A DNA stretch of 64,000 nt from Stylophora pistillata (GCF_002571385.2 NW_019217816.1:670708-734707), one strand, 5' to 3'; positions 27,801 through 40,800 are shown, counted from the first letter of the stretch. Numbers and translations: made by a program. The notes: generated by a model from the letters alone, not told the origin.

Positions 27801-29901
27801 CTGCGCAACCATCACTTCACTATTTGTACCTTGGTTGAGAAACCACCAAGGCGACATTTTCTGTACTTGGTTTTGTTGTAATGCACCCTTCAATGTAATG
27901 TACCTTTATAAGACATACTTAGCTGCAGGCCGGGATGGCGCAGTAGTTGGAGCGCATGCTTCCCACTACCTTGACGTGATTTAGATTCCCAGACCTGTCT
28001 TAATATTTTTATTGAAGTTTTCATGTTGATTCTTATTCTTTCTCTCGGGGATTTATCTGAGCTCTCCAGTTTTCCTCCATCTTCAAAAATTAACTCTTTC
28101 GCTCCGACGAAGGGCTAACGCTCGAAACGTCAGCTTTTGTAATCGTTACGGTGGCCAATTTACCATTTCAACTTTGTTGATATATCCAAATTACTCTCAC
28201 AAGAGCTAGCTTTTAGAAGTCTCCTAAGCCCTTTAACTACCAGAGGTGATTAACAAGTAACTTCTCCCTATGATATCCATACTTTATCCTGCAAACAGGT
28301 AATGAGAATACTCAAACTTAGCAGGTANNNNTTTTTTTTTCTAAGGAGTTATTGGAGGCTCTAGCACCAAATTGTCACGAGAGTTTTGCTTAGAGACCTG
28401 GACAAAGTGTACAAAGTGCGAAAACATTCTGAGTCTCCCTCATGACAATGTTAAACCACAGTACTCTGCTAATTTTAAAAGGTGTTCTTTTGGTTTAGGA
28501 GTTTGTGCTGGAAGAATTATTTCGCAAGCTAGAAAATAAGAAGCTTTAGATAATGAATCTTGAAAAGTTCTTCAACTTTTGTCCTTTCTATCATCAACTG
28601 AACGATGGAGCTAGTTGTTGGGTGCTAAACAGGTTTGAGTGGGTTTTTCGTTTTCGTGGAGGAATTTGATTAGAAGTAATAAGTGAATTAGCGCCCAGCC
28701 GGTATCTGAGAAGCACACTCTCAAGCCCCGTCAAAGCTTTATTTACTTTTTTCCAGTCTTCTGTTTCATCAGCTGTAATTTAAGCTGTGTGGTTCAGTTT
28801 TTCACACACCCTGATCAGCTTTAGTGCTTGTGTTCCCTTGACGCGCATCTTTTAGCTATCGTGACCAGTTTGCCATGTTGGCAGATGGAATCGCTCGGGA
28901 GAGATATGAGATGGAAGTACGCGAAAAAGCCCAAGAAAAGGTGAGCTCACTCAGTAACATTTCAATGTGAAGACCAATGGTTGAGTCAGCTGCGCAACCA
29001 TCACTTCACTATTTGTACCTTGGTTGAGAAACCACCAAGGCGACATTTTCTGTACTTGGTTTTGTTGTAATGCACCCTTCAATGTAATGTACCTTTATAA
29101 GACATACTTAGCTGCAGGCCGGGATGGCGCAGTAGTTGGAGCGCATGCTTCCCACTACCTTGACGTGATTTAGATTCCCAGACCTGTCTTAATATTTTTA
29201 TTGAAGTTTTCATGTTGATTCTTATTCTTTCTCTCGGGGATTTATCTGAGCTCTCCAGTTTTCCTCCATCTTCAAAAATTAACTCTTTCGCTCCGACGAA
29301 GGGCTAACGCTCGAAACGTCAGCTTTTGTAATCGTTACGGTGGCCAATTTACCATTTCAACTTTGTTGATATATCCAAATTATTTCGTTACCCCCATCGA
29401 CGCAGCCCTAAACAGTTTCTTTCGAAACTATCAGCCTTTCTTCAAATATCAGTCCACCGTACCGCTGTGAAGCTTAATGATGACATCCTTAAAACCAATC
29501 GCGACTTTTTGTCTTCGTTTGTTTGGTACCTAAAATCTTGGACTGACTGAAAGTTGAGAATTGAAGTGGTTGAAAATTTGTGTTAACGGCTAGTTTCGAA
29601 GTTAATCTCCGAAGTAGGGTATTTTAATTTTTTTTATTCAACATTGTACATTGGTGGGGAACGGTAGAATTAACGAATAACAAAATTTCCACCCCCATAT
29701 GAAAAGTCTAATTTTTTCGATCTTTTCGTTTCACAGGTGGTCCGACAAATGCGACGGGAGTTGCGGCGGAAACTCGAACATGACGTGCAAGAGTTCCAAG
29801 AAAATCTTCAACGTGATGAAGACTCGGCTTACTTTCGGCAGTTAGAGGCTGACAGACTAAAGGGCAAATTTCAACTTGCAACTCGCAACGCGTTTTATTG
29901 A
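12822..29901 (+). CDS. CEP95: Centrosomal protein of 95 kDa homolog, about 1135 aa, with a long Ser/Thr-rich middle region
   Basis: 21 phase-consistent exons: 12822-12846 (least certain), 13883-14011 ([11 protein letters not shown]), 14172-14378 ([19 protein letters not shown]...[14 protein letters not shown]), 15456-15564, 16003-16174, 16664-16986, 17693-17807, 18068-18332, 18860-19036, 19953-20093, 20361-20456, 20737-20870, 21644-21830, 22059-22178, 22691-22935, 23415-23607, 24198-24430 ([16 protein letters not shown]), 24610-24762, 24905-25038, 27667-27751 (or duplicate 28856-28940; YRDQFAMLA), 29737-29901 (FRQLEADRL...QLA). Confidence 0.9.
13290..13745. mobile_element. Non-autonomous DNA element (MITE) with inverted subterminal TTCGCCAAC arrays, CEP95 intron 1
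   Basis: Repeats gttcgccaac/gttcaccaac at 13310-13380 and reverse complements gttggcgaac/gttggtgaat at 13668-13740. Confidence 0.6.
16345..16625 (-). mobile_element. Decayed RTE-type LINE 3' fragment
   Basis: Minus-strand residue resembling W-x-P-x-G-x-R-x-R-G-x-P-K-x-TW and a stop followed by a short A-rich tail. Confidence 0.45.
17078..17500 (-). mobile_element. CR1/L2-group LINE 3' end fragment
   Basis: (CAATA)n tail next to tttattgac; minus strand encodes [17 protein letters not shown]...[10 protein letters not shown]...SGQRVF.Y....LW. Confidence 0.65.
19279..19476. mobile_element. Palindromic MITE with long terminal inverted repeats
   Basis: agaccactttcataaatggctgccggattaatattcttttgtttaaatt ... 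aatttaaacaaaagaacattaatccagcaaccatttatgaaagtggtct. Confidence 0.75.
19650..19935. repeat. Degenerate (TA)n low-complexity tract
   Basis: TA-rich runs; contains a second copy of tgacttgtatcattgtatagac (19200 and 19762). Confidence 0.7.
20921..21080. mobile_element. MITE with TIRs (ctggtcccggttgttcgaagg / ctttgtacaactgggccctg) and internal GGATAGCG repeats
   Basis: Imperfect terminal inverted repeats; internal ggatagcgctatcc palindromes. Confidence 0.65.
25145..25615 (+). mobile_element. LINE (L2/Daphne/Rex-like) 3' fragment
   Basis: [18 protein letters not shown]...[20 protein letters not shown]; HNLRKK...[12 protein letters not shown]. Confidence 0.65.
25629..26373. mobile_element. Probable Kolobok-type DNA transposon end running into the assembly gap
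   Basis: Starts TTAA|GGTGGCTC; abrupt switch to CpG-rich sequence; other end not visible. Confidence 0.45.
26374..27141. other. Assembly gap (N run)
   Basis: 768 N bases; the poly-X ORFs here are artefacts. Confidence 0.99.
27142..29382. repeat. Near-perfect tandem duplication of about 1.05 kb (27142-28193 vs 28332-29382), including a CEP95 exon; probably an assembly artefact
   Basis: Copies offset by 1189 bp, look identical, and each begins immediately after N bases. Confidence 0.85.
27928..28090 (+). mobile_element. Decayed tRNA-derived SINE (second copy at 29117-29279)
   Basis: ggccgggatggcgcagtagttggagcgc (A-box-like) ... ttagattcccag (B-box-like). Confidence 0.5.
29285..29438 (+). mobile_element. 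Solo PLE pLTR with hammerhead-like motif (partial duplicate at 28096-28193)
   Basis: gct CCGACGA a GGGC taac GCTC GAAA CG TC agc at 29290-29323; same family as 38584-38810 and 62029-62247. Confidence 0.75.
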
Positions 29902-31873
29902 AAACCAAGTCGCTCGTTTCTTTAAATGCTGTTACTCCTCATATAGTATCGTGGGCGGAGGAGGGAGCAGGGAGAGGAGGAGGCAGGGAGGAGGGAGCAG
30001 GCTAATTGGTTATTTGATCTCTAGAGTGTAATTCTACTACTCAAAAAAAATCTGGGTAACAGTCTATTATGCTAAAGAAATTAACTTTTTTCTGATTTGT
30101 TATTTGAGTTACGTAAGTTTCTTGCGTTTCTTGTTTCAAAATAAAAATTCTCCATAGTTGCCTGTCGGTGTTTAATGTGCATTTTTCATATGATGCTGGA
30201 GGACGTAATGGTTCCTGCTGGCCCTTAGAAGGTTTATGCATTTTTCGGCGTAATCTCTTTCCCAGAGGTCATGCTCTCGCAATTTCTTGCAGGCTGGAAA
30301 CGAGGACTGAGAACGTGACATCTGGGAACGAGATTGATCAAACAGTTACTCGCGCATGCTCAGGTGATGAAGAAATAATAGCCACTCGTCCCGATGCTTT
30401 TTTCGCTCTTTTCCTATCCCAACAAACACTATATGGATGGGCAGTAGTTGAAATACTCTGTGTATGAATGAGCGTTAACCAAAAATAAGCGTTTTAAAGT
30501 AAGGAGTAAAATACGTAGAACAGATTTATCGACGGCTTCATCAAAATCTGCAGCTTCTTTATCAATTTTCAGTTGTTGATGGTTCATCGTGTGACGCATG
30601 TTCCATATCTCAGCAGGGTACCGGTAAATCCTGCAGTGATACCACAGGGATGGTGCAAATCGTGTACATCTTTTAATTTCCAATAGGACGGACAAACATA
30701 GTTAATTAGAGTTATTACTAGCTAATGTTATTTGTCGCTGTGAGTGAATTTTTCATGCTAACCATTTGGGAAGCTTCTTTCATTTCTGTTGATGGCTACA
30801 GAGGATTTTATCGGCTGTAACTTGGATGAAACAGATACAGACGGGAACAAAAGATACAAAATAATTACGAGATTTTCGTAACCGGAAAATTGGCTTCCCT
30901 CTAATGACAACTTGTTTAGAGGTGATGCTGTTAGAACAGATGAGGGTCCCCAGACAACGGTTTTTTTCCCAATCTGAATGTCTGTTTATCTCTCTGTGAT
31001 GTATTGGCGAACCCTTTGCGCAGTCTTGAAGCCTGCCTAGCTTATCACGATCTTTTATAGCATTGAAACAATTCCTCAGCCAAACGGCGCTGAAGAGGGG
31101 GAGGAATAACAAGTAATAAAAGATCAATGAAATAAAAGATAAACAAGTTGAATAAAACGGAACATATTGTAATGAATCCTTATCACATTTTTACATACGA
31201 GAACAATGACACCCAACCTAGCGAAAACAGGAATATATACAAAAGGAATTTGGAATAAAACGATGCTTCCGTTGTTTTGGTTTGTACGGAAGATCATACT
31301 GAGAAACAGCCGTTCGAGAGTCACAAAAGCATTTTTTGATTAGAGCTTCTGAAACTTTTTCATTTGAGTTATATTACATCAGAAGTTGCGTTTTACTGTT
31401 TGTTTATGATGTCCTTTAAAACCAACGAAACCTGAGTGGCTTAAAAGCCGCCAAGGACCACACTTCTGCAAAATAGACTAAATCAAAATACATCCCTACA
31501 TTGAAAGAGGATTTTATTACAAGTAGTTAGAAAGATAATAATAAAGTGTCAAAATTGATTAGCGTCATAATGTTCAGCACGGCATTGAGTTCTCATTTGG
31601 CAATCAAAGTCGACAGAAAAAGTGATTAATCTCCTAGTATTTGTTTAGTCCACTGCATGCAATAGCTGTCATCATGCGTGCTTATTATAATTCACGTTTC
31701 TCTCTCGAAAACTACAAAAACTCTTTTAATTTCAAGGCTATCGTCTTTCTAAGGTACAATGAAGCACTGAAAGTCACTGATATAGCCATGAGATACATCG
31801 TTGATTCATTTCAGTTTGTGATGAATGTTTACAGATATATGAGTATGGCAAGTGTTTCATCTTTCTTTTACAG

Positions 31874-33908
31874 ATGCCGATCACTTTCGTTTTCGCGTTA
31901 ATATGTTTGTCGTTACCGGTAAAAACCCAGCCAGAAGAAGATGGTGTCTTGTTTGAAATCGAAGAAAACGTTTTAGAATTCGATGGAAACCCTATTTGGC
32001 AAGGAAAGACCAACTCTTTAATGGGCTGTTCTCAAACATGTGCGAGGCAACTAGCTTGTAAACGCGTCATTTTTGAAGCGAACAAAGGAACATGTGTGCA
32101 TCTCGGTGAAGGTCAAACTCACTTGGCAAATACGCCTGCCAAACAAGGTGGAACCTTCTATTTGAAAAAGGTAATTTAGAGCTACCTCGGTCAGTTGCTT
32201 GTTATATGGGGTACGCAGATGAGCTGCGGCTATTTCAACTTACGGTATTGCTTCTTTGTCGGACACGTTGAAAGTCTTCCTCAAAGACTTTCAACGTATT
32301 ATATCTTATATAGGTAACATTTACTGATCAAAAACAAGCTGATTTTTTCTTTTTCTACCAGCTCGGCTGAATCTTGCTAGTTTCATGCGTCGCCTCTAGT
32401 ACCTTTGACTGATTCTCCTCTCGGTTGTAGGAATATTGTCTGTGACAATGACGCGAACAAAAATCATAAAAACAGTGCATCCAATGAAAGTTGGTCTTAT
32501 TTAAAGTAAACATGCGGCAATGGTATTTCATCCGTAAAAGTCTTGATTCCGAAGTAGAATTAGAATTCACAGACCTCATTTAGCTTGATGGCCTGGTTGG
32601 TTGGAACGTTCTACTAATATTGCAAGACCCTTTTGGGGAATCTCGAATCATGTTGAAGCCCAATTTCGTCTTTTTTTCAGGTCTTATTTTCTACATCTAG
32701 TTTAAAGAAAAAATGGTGAAGCAACAGCGGTGATCTTAAAACGAAACATTTCGACTCTGCACATCAAATATTTGACTTTCACAAATATGAGACTGTAATA
32801 TATCGCTAAAAATAAAATGTATCGTCCTACGCAGTATTTTTTTTTTGTTTTTGTTTTTTTTGCAGTAATCTTGCTTTAAGTTTGACGTGGGCGAGAGAAT
32901 CACTTACAATTTGATTCGTAAAACTATTTTAATAGTTTCAGTAAATGTCTTATGGAACTTAATCTTGATTAATGATTATTTGCACAGATCACCACAACAG
33001 GAATCTACAGCTTATTAGGTGAGTGATATAGAATTGGCCATCAAGACAAATCCTGCTTCAGTCTGGAGAGTAGCTCAGCAGTGACACATTCGACCACAAA
33101 ATCAGCTCGTTATGGACCCAGATTTTTCCTTTGTCCCACGCTCGCGTCAGATATTTCCTTTACGAGACTCAAAATTTTCCATCTTTCCACTATTTAGTAT
33201 TCTTCTGATCAGGTAATCTTTTCTTCTGATACATTCCCATACTATACAGGTACCTCTAAATCGGCAGCAGTTGCCTCGTGCCAGACCCTTCATAGCCAAT
33301 CTCAGTCGGGTGTTTATTGGATTGATCCTGACGGTGGATCCCAGGTGAACGCCTTCAGAGCATACTGTGACATGAAAACCGATGGCGGAGGCTGGACTCT
33401 AGTGTGGAGCTATTCCTTCACTAATTACGGTGCTTTTACTAGTGAATCAAATGCAGTTACACCGAGACCCAACTGGCAGGTCACCCCGGAAGTGAATGTC
33501 CCGATATCAACAACTCCTCCTATAAATGAAACAAACTTCAACGCCATGAATTTCGCGCTCTGGAAACTACTCGGCAGACAAATCCTTATCAAAAGTAACA
33601 TAAATAACTGGCTGGTGTGTCATCCAGGAACTGGAAGCTTGGTTGATTGGCAGGAAGGGGAAGTCAGCTGTAAGGTAGTTAAACACGTGACAGACCAGTG
33701 TTTAAATGCGTTGGCGCCTTCAAAAATATCACCAAGTAAAGGTTATGGGCCAAAACTTTACAGAGATAATGAATTTCACAGCCTTTACTATTACTTCGAT
33801 GGATACACTAGCAAAAACTGGCCATCTCATGATCCTTGTGGTACGGGCAAGAGCAATCATTTAAAAAATGTCGTTAATCCACATGGAAATATTTACATTC
33901 GTGCATAG
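31874..33908 (+). CDS. Secreted protein with signal peptide, PAN/apple-like domain and fibrinogen-related (FReD/intelectin-like) domain, about 328 aa
   Basis: Exons 31874-32170 (MPITFVFALICLSLPVKT; CSQTC...C...GTC), 32988-33018, 33250-33908 (ASCQTL...SGVYWIDPDGG...FRAYCDMKTDGGGWTLVW...HDPCG...PHGNIYIRA*); phases 0 and 1 consistent; AATAAA at 33971. Confidence 0.88.
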
Positions 33909-34858
33909 CAAAGTTACAGGATGTAGATGTACTGAGGTGGTAAAAGTACCTCCTGAACTACTTCAACTTTAATAAACAAAAAAAATGACGGCAAAAATAT
34001 TGAGGGAGCAGACGTGGTCGATTAGGTTCAGGGATCGGCCTTAAAAAGCACACTAAATGCGACCCTTGGTGATCAGGTTGTTCTTAGTGATACCCCCGAA
34101 GCCGATGAGAATCAACTGAAAATTTAGCACAGGTTCCGATCGTTTAAAGATGTAAAAGCTCCATGAATAATATTTGGCTTTGAAGAGAGTTATTAATCTC
34201 AGACGTTGCATCTCGTTTATTTTAAAAATATTGACGAGTGACTCCTCCCTTTTCGATATATTTTCCCTCTAATATATGAAAGTTCTGTCTCTAGTTCCCA
34301 ATGTCCCATTAACATCTAATGATTTGTGAGATGGAATTCTATAACACGGTGGGGCAGAGATATAAGAATTAAAAAATCTCTCACTGAAATATCTCCGTGA
34401 CAATTTGCACGACTAGGCTCATTACATAATTTCTTGAGAAGAGTAGGAAATTCTTCAATTTTTCTCCTTTCTTCATCCAGCCCTCTAATCCGCTTTTCGC
34501 GCTGATCCAAAGCAACACCTGTTCGCAGATTCGCGGGAAAGGAAGGGATGAGAGAGTTCCCAATGTATTCATCATGCGAGCACTCATAAGAAAGAGTTAT
34601 GAAACAACAGCAACGATTAAAACAGCAGCAAAAGTCAGTCATAATGTTTTATTTACAAATATGGCAGGCAGTCTGAGCGGGTCACGAGCTTAAATATATT
34701 CAACCACATCGTGAAAATTTCTGCAACTGACACGAAATATCCAAATGTCGGTTAAATGCCATAAATCATACATAAATACTCTACATTTTCAACATGTTCT
34801 GTCGACGTTTCCATTCAAAGACCAACAAAGCGTTAGAGTTTCCGGTAGGAAATAACTG

Positions 34859-37800
34859 TTATTGTATACAACAAATTTTTGATCGCTTTTTGCCGAACGC
34901 AATTAATTCTCCAGACTTGCCATGTGGTTTCCAAGCTTCACGCGGGATGATAAAACGATGGTCACCATCTATTTTTTTGTTCACAGCTGTAGTGTTATTA
35001 TTAATAGTTGGCAACTGAGGAATATCTGAAATAAACAAATAAATACATGTCCCTTCAATTAAGACTATTTATTAAATCATGCACTTAATAGCAGTAACAA
35101 TAAAGGAAGTATCCCAAATTCAAGTATGATTTTAAAACCTTTAACCTACAATTACCAATTCCATTTACCAATCGAAAATAAATTTCGGCAGTACTCTTAA
35201 GCTTTTTTACGCAAACGAGAACCTCACCTTCTTCGCCAACTTCTATCGCCTTAAGTTTCTTCAGGTACTCTTGAATTTCATGAATCTCTGGCCACTTCCT
35301 CGTGGTTCTCGAAGATTTTCGTGGTTTAAATGGAAGTTTTGTTCTCACAAATGTGCTGCCGGGTTTATGCTTCAATGTCTCGGCTGCCAAGTAAAACTGT
35401 GCCTCCTGGGGTTGCAAAAACCAGATTAACTGGCTTTTATCGTCCTTAAACTCTACCCTTTCATCGTCGAGCGTGTTTATTTCCTGCGGTATAAAGTAAA
35501 ATTAATTAGCGTAGTAAGTAAGGGCAATCACTGAGTGTGGTTTAACTTATATGCATGGCTTTGATGAAGACTGCCATTCAAGCCATGAAATTTTGACCCT
35601 GAAAACTTCCTCGATCTGGGTAACAAAAATATATTCGTTTTGTTGATATTGGTGATGTTTTCAACTTTTAAACTTTTCATACAAATAAACAGCATGCGAT
35701 TTCCACTCTACTGAGGAGCCCCAGCAAAGATGAGGCATAAAAAACAGAGATGTAAATCTAAAGCTGAAGCCTATTCGTACTGACTGAGCAATGAATGAAT
35801 TTTCTTTCTTCGTCCTGCCAAGCACAAGCTCACTAAAGGCATGCAATTCATAGCAATAAGTTTGTTTTTTCCTTCAAAAATCCGGGTTATTCTTGAAACT
35901 TTAATCATTACCCACTAATGTGATATAGCTGTTGTAGTTTTGTTTGCGACATACTGTTTTGAAAGTTTTTTCACTTTTTTTTCTTGGCGGGGCGAGAATA
36001 AGTGTTGGTGGCGGGGGGCATTTAGGGAGAATAGCCATTCGAAAGGCCTCTTATATCCTCTACAAACATCATCCAGAAAATAAAACAAGGTGTTGGCTTC
36101 CATTCACTAAGACGCGATCACCAGGGTAGTTAGCAAGTTGAGAAGGGCTTCCTCGGCCTCTCAGGCGGGTGACCTTATAGTTGAAACTAGAGGCTGTTAC
36201 ATACTTCTGATCTGTTGAGACCCAAAACGTTTGATGTGCTTAGAGATTCCAACCGGCAGTTGACCTCGTTTATCAACAAACCTTATTCAACTCAACTGCC
36301 TCTTTTAAGATTTTGCTGGCTGCGTTAGCTATTTCCTGAAAATTAATCAGTAAAAGAAGTAAGCAAAAATCAACACACTTTTTATGATATTTGAAAAATA
36401 TAAGCAAAACCGGCAACCAAAGAACGGTTAGATATCGTCAACTTCTCGAATAAAGGTTCTAGCGAGAATTTTGTAATTGGAAAATTTGCTGATGTCTCAT
36501 AAAACGTAGTGACTTTCCGTTTGAAACTATAATTGCATGCATTCCATGGCAGAACATGACAGAAATCCATTTCATGCAGCCGACACCTCTCTGGAATTAC
36601 ACCCTCCACTCTCATTTTCTATTTGTTACAGGCTGAAACTATGGACCCGAACCGACAGAAGAGCCATGCGAGTATAGAGTTTAAGAGCACTAACCTCAAG
36701 CTTGACGTCGAACTCACGTGGTCTTCCTGTAGTCTTCATTACTACTCCAATTTCGTCATAGGTGACGTCATGGAGACTGAACGGTGGTTTAGCTTCGTCT
36801 GCGCTGAAATATCTGTTTTCCCAGGCCCCAGTGTGTGGATCAAATCGGTACTGAGAATGATTAAGATATATGACTAAGTTTGTAATGTCCAATAAAGTAA
36901 CGAGGTGAACTGCAATCAAAACATTGTAACAATGGAAGCCTTTAAAATAGAAAAAAGCGAGAAAACCTGGTTCCCCCCTAAATTTTACCTCGCTCCTAGT
37001 AGGTGGCTCTGTAGCTTGATTAGCTAGCAGCAGCACCCAGTATGTACCCGAGACCAAAAAGCAAAAAAAAACTACTGGAAAATAAGGCACAAGTTGATTA
37101 GCTGTGCTGTGAGGATCAATTGGTCTAAAGCTCACTTGTTTGTTCTATATCTCCAACTTTTCAAATATGATTTTGTCTTATATTCTTCGTAAATGGACAA
37201 ATTTTACATCTTATGCAACAGCAGCTCGTAGTGAAGAGAGCTTTTAAACTAGAATATACTTATTGCCTTAAAATCGTCATCAGAAACTCATCAGTTCATC
37301 CCCAGCTGTTTTTGTTTAAAAAAAATGATATCTCTTTTGTTATCTTGCAAGTACATTTTCTTTAGTAAGGAAGAGAAACAGATGTTATATCAGGAACAAC
37401 TGATAGCTGTTGTATTTTTCATTTATCATCACCTTTTGTTGAATGATGTATTAAAATCGTGGGCAGAGGTTAAGCACAATAACCTCAGGGGACTAAAGAG
37501 TCACTACTAACCTGTGGTAACAATTTCCAGCCATGTTTGGCTATCATGTCTACTGCTTCTAACACAAAATGCACTGTCTCGTCATCCATGAAGTAAGGTA
37601 GATTGACTCTCGCAAATCCCGGTCTGAAAACAATAATTCGGTAACTTGAGTTCAAAGTGTCGATCAACTACAACATTTCTTTATTCAAAGCAGGAACTTC
37701 TGTAAGCCATCATCATTCTTTCTGGTTTTCAAGAAACAATATTTCCATCAAATCACTTACCTTGTTTCAAAAATTTTTTTATATACTGATCATACCATAC

Positions 37801-40800
37801 GGCATGAACTAGCCAAACATGTCACGAGTTATATCGGCCATAAAAACCGTCTCGCGCGTCAATATCATGAGTTACAGTATAGCAGGAACTGTTGGACAAA
37901 TCAAGTGCTGAGGACTCTTGTTAATAATCTCTGTGAATCTTCTAAGATACGGAAAGATGTTTTACTTACTTCATGATTTCCAAAGGTTCTTTGCATGAGA
38001 GTTCTACGTCTTCGCTGAAACAAGAAAGTGATCATTCGTCCGTTATAGCAAAACATTTGTTGTAATTAACGGATTGATGGATTAATGATTTCACTTGAAT
38101 TTTTTTTGTCCTGTCGTGTAAGAATCGTGCCCGAGATTAGATTTAACTCACTTTGATTTAACTGCAGTCTATCCGTACAATGAACAAAAAGTTCATGAAC
38201 CATTGAAAGACTGTTCAGTTATCAGTGGTAAACTCAACTTTAAAGCCATTAGTTCAATAACAAACGATTCTCCGCTGCGAAACTTTTTCATGCAACCTTC
38301 TCATAACATTTTCTTTTCTGTGATTAAAAAGGGTAGCAATATTGATCTCCATAGATGTGCTTAAATCAAGAGACTTACTTTTCATGAGACTCAAGAAACC
38401 AAGTAAATTTCCTTGCTATAGTTTCGTTTATTCCCAAAAGATCCTGTAAATGTTTAGAGTCAACAAAAATGATTAATAATGTCAATAATGGCATTATAGG
38501 ACCGAGTCAATGGTGGATCTGAGGAGGGGGGCGTTCGGGGGTTCCGAAGGGGTCCCCCCCATACTCATGCTTTGTAAACTATATAATTTGGATATATCAA
38601 CAAAGTTGAAATGGTAAATTGGCCACCGTAACGATTACAAAAGCTCATGTTTCGAGCGTTAGCCCTTCGTCGGAGCGAAGAAACGTCAGCTTTTGTAATC
38701 GTTACGGTGGCCAATTTACCATTTCAACTTTGTTGATATATCCAAATTATCTCGTTACTCCCACCGACGCAGCCCCAAACAGTTTCTTTCGAAACTATCA
38801 GCCTTTATTCCTTTGTAAACTATACCTGTGCATAAGGTCCTGCGCATGCGCATCCTCCGCGAGCCTGGATGCCATAAAGATCGTTGAGTAGTACAGAAAC
38901 AAAATTGTGATGCAAAATCTTTCCACTGTCTGGATGATGTATCAGCATAGAAAATATTGGCAGGCGACGAGCATTCTCGTTCCCCAAAATTGTTATGTTT
39001 GGATTTTTTCCCCAAACTTGAAAGGCATTTCTACGTAGAAATGTAAATGGTAAGCAAATAAGGTGTGTTAGCAATTGAACAAGCTTTTGTTAACAATTTA
39101 CTCCTGACCAGTTTAAGTTTTTATCTACCTGCATAATTCTTCTTCTCTGTCTTCAATAGTCTTTATCCCCACAGACTGCAATAAAAAATAAAACAGCTTG
39201 TTAGGTTCATTCAAAAATGTCTTATAAATGCAGGATGTTTGACTATACTTCCATTTTAAACTGAGGTGAGTGCATCACTGCTCATTTTACTTCCTCCTCG
39301 TTGATGTGCGCTGTAACTTCATCTTCAACTTCTATCTCGTGGTTTGACGGAAATCTTGCTGAACAGTGCATTATGATACATTAATTAGAACGAATCATCC
39401 TGGTCTTTCGTCATGTTGTCGCTCTGACAGAACCTATACTGTGCCCTGGCTAGAAGCGTACCATTCTTTATCGACATAACAGCGTTTATATCATACCTCT
39501 TTAAGTTGAAAGACCATACCAGCCCGTATTGACTCTACTATGGCTGGTGTTCCACCTTCTTCTCTCTCTTCAATGTCTTTTAAATACAAATGCGTATCAC
39601 GTGTCACCTGTAGTAAATAGCAGAAAAACTGTAATGTCAGTGAGGGATTCCTGAACGGTGGCTGCAATAGACATAAGAAAAGGGAAAGATGTAGCAGTAT
39701 TTAAAATACTTGAGGAGAGATATAGCTAGGTCGAGGTGTTGTGACAAAATGATCAGGCACGTAACCGGCAGCTTTTTTCAATGGGAGATGGTTTCCACTA
39801 GACGGTTATATAATGTCGAGAGGTCTGGGTGCAAGATCTAGCCGAGCCAGTGTTTTCCAATGCCTTACTTCACTCTTACAAAGCCTCTCCAACCGGGAAT
39901 ACAAATGGATATTAGCAAGCTATTAGGAAAACTAACGTCATCCTAGGGGTAACCTGCAATATATTAGCGTTCGATCCAAGGAGAGGCAAAGCTAAATGGG
40001 ACCGATTGGAAATAGATCACTGCGCCCAGTGACTTCCTTGTCAGGTCGCCATTACTTTTTCCAGACCAACATCATATACACGTAATCTGACATGTTTTAC
40101 AAAGCATGATGTATGTTAACTTACAAAGAGAACCGTTCCTCCTCCACATCCACCGGGCACAGGATTTCGAAAGAGCCTTTTTTTAGCAATTAGTAAGCCT
40201 GAAGGAAAACGTATTTTCCTGTGTGAAACAGTGTTCAGTACAATATTGACGAACTTGAACAAGAATCAGTGTAGACAATTTTTGTTTTCAAATTTTCTTG
40301 TACGTATCCTTTTTTGCAGTATTACCAAAATTATGCTACCTAGCATCGAAGATGTCTGGTTAAAAAGGGGACTGCAAAAACGGTGAAATCTTGCTCACTT
40401 AAAGTGTAGCTAAACCCCAAATTTTTTTTCGCTTAACGAAATAAGCGTACTTTTTGGAGTATTTCTGTGAAAATTTTTTTTTATTTGCTCAAATCTTCAA
40501 TTTTCTGTGCCCAGTCAAAATACGGAAAATCGGCCGCCATCTTGGCCCACGACCTAGTTTAAAGAGAAATGGTTCTAGCGGGTAATGTGACGTCAAATAA
40601 GTCAAATCGAGAACACGAAAGTCTACATTTCGCACATTTTCACTTGTTTGGGAAAGTTGTAGTCGATATTGTCCGAAAATATGTCGACTGAGTGTGTTGT
40701 AGGAGGATGTAGCAACGTGCGAAATTTGCAAGAGGGCATCGCGCTTCATACATTCCTCATACAACACACCTAATCGGCATATTTCGGACAACCTTCCTAA

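Noticed and set aside
27142-29382. Tandemly duplicated CEP95 exon as mutually exclusive splicing
   Set aside because: The copies look identical including intron sequence and both start at N gaps; this is most likely a scaffolding artefact.
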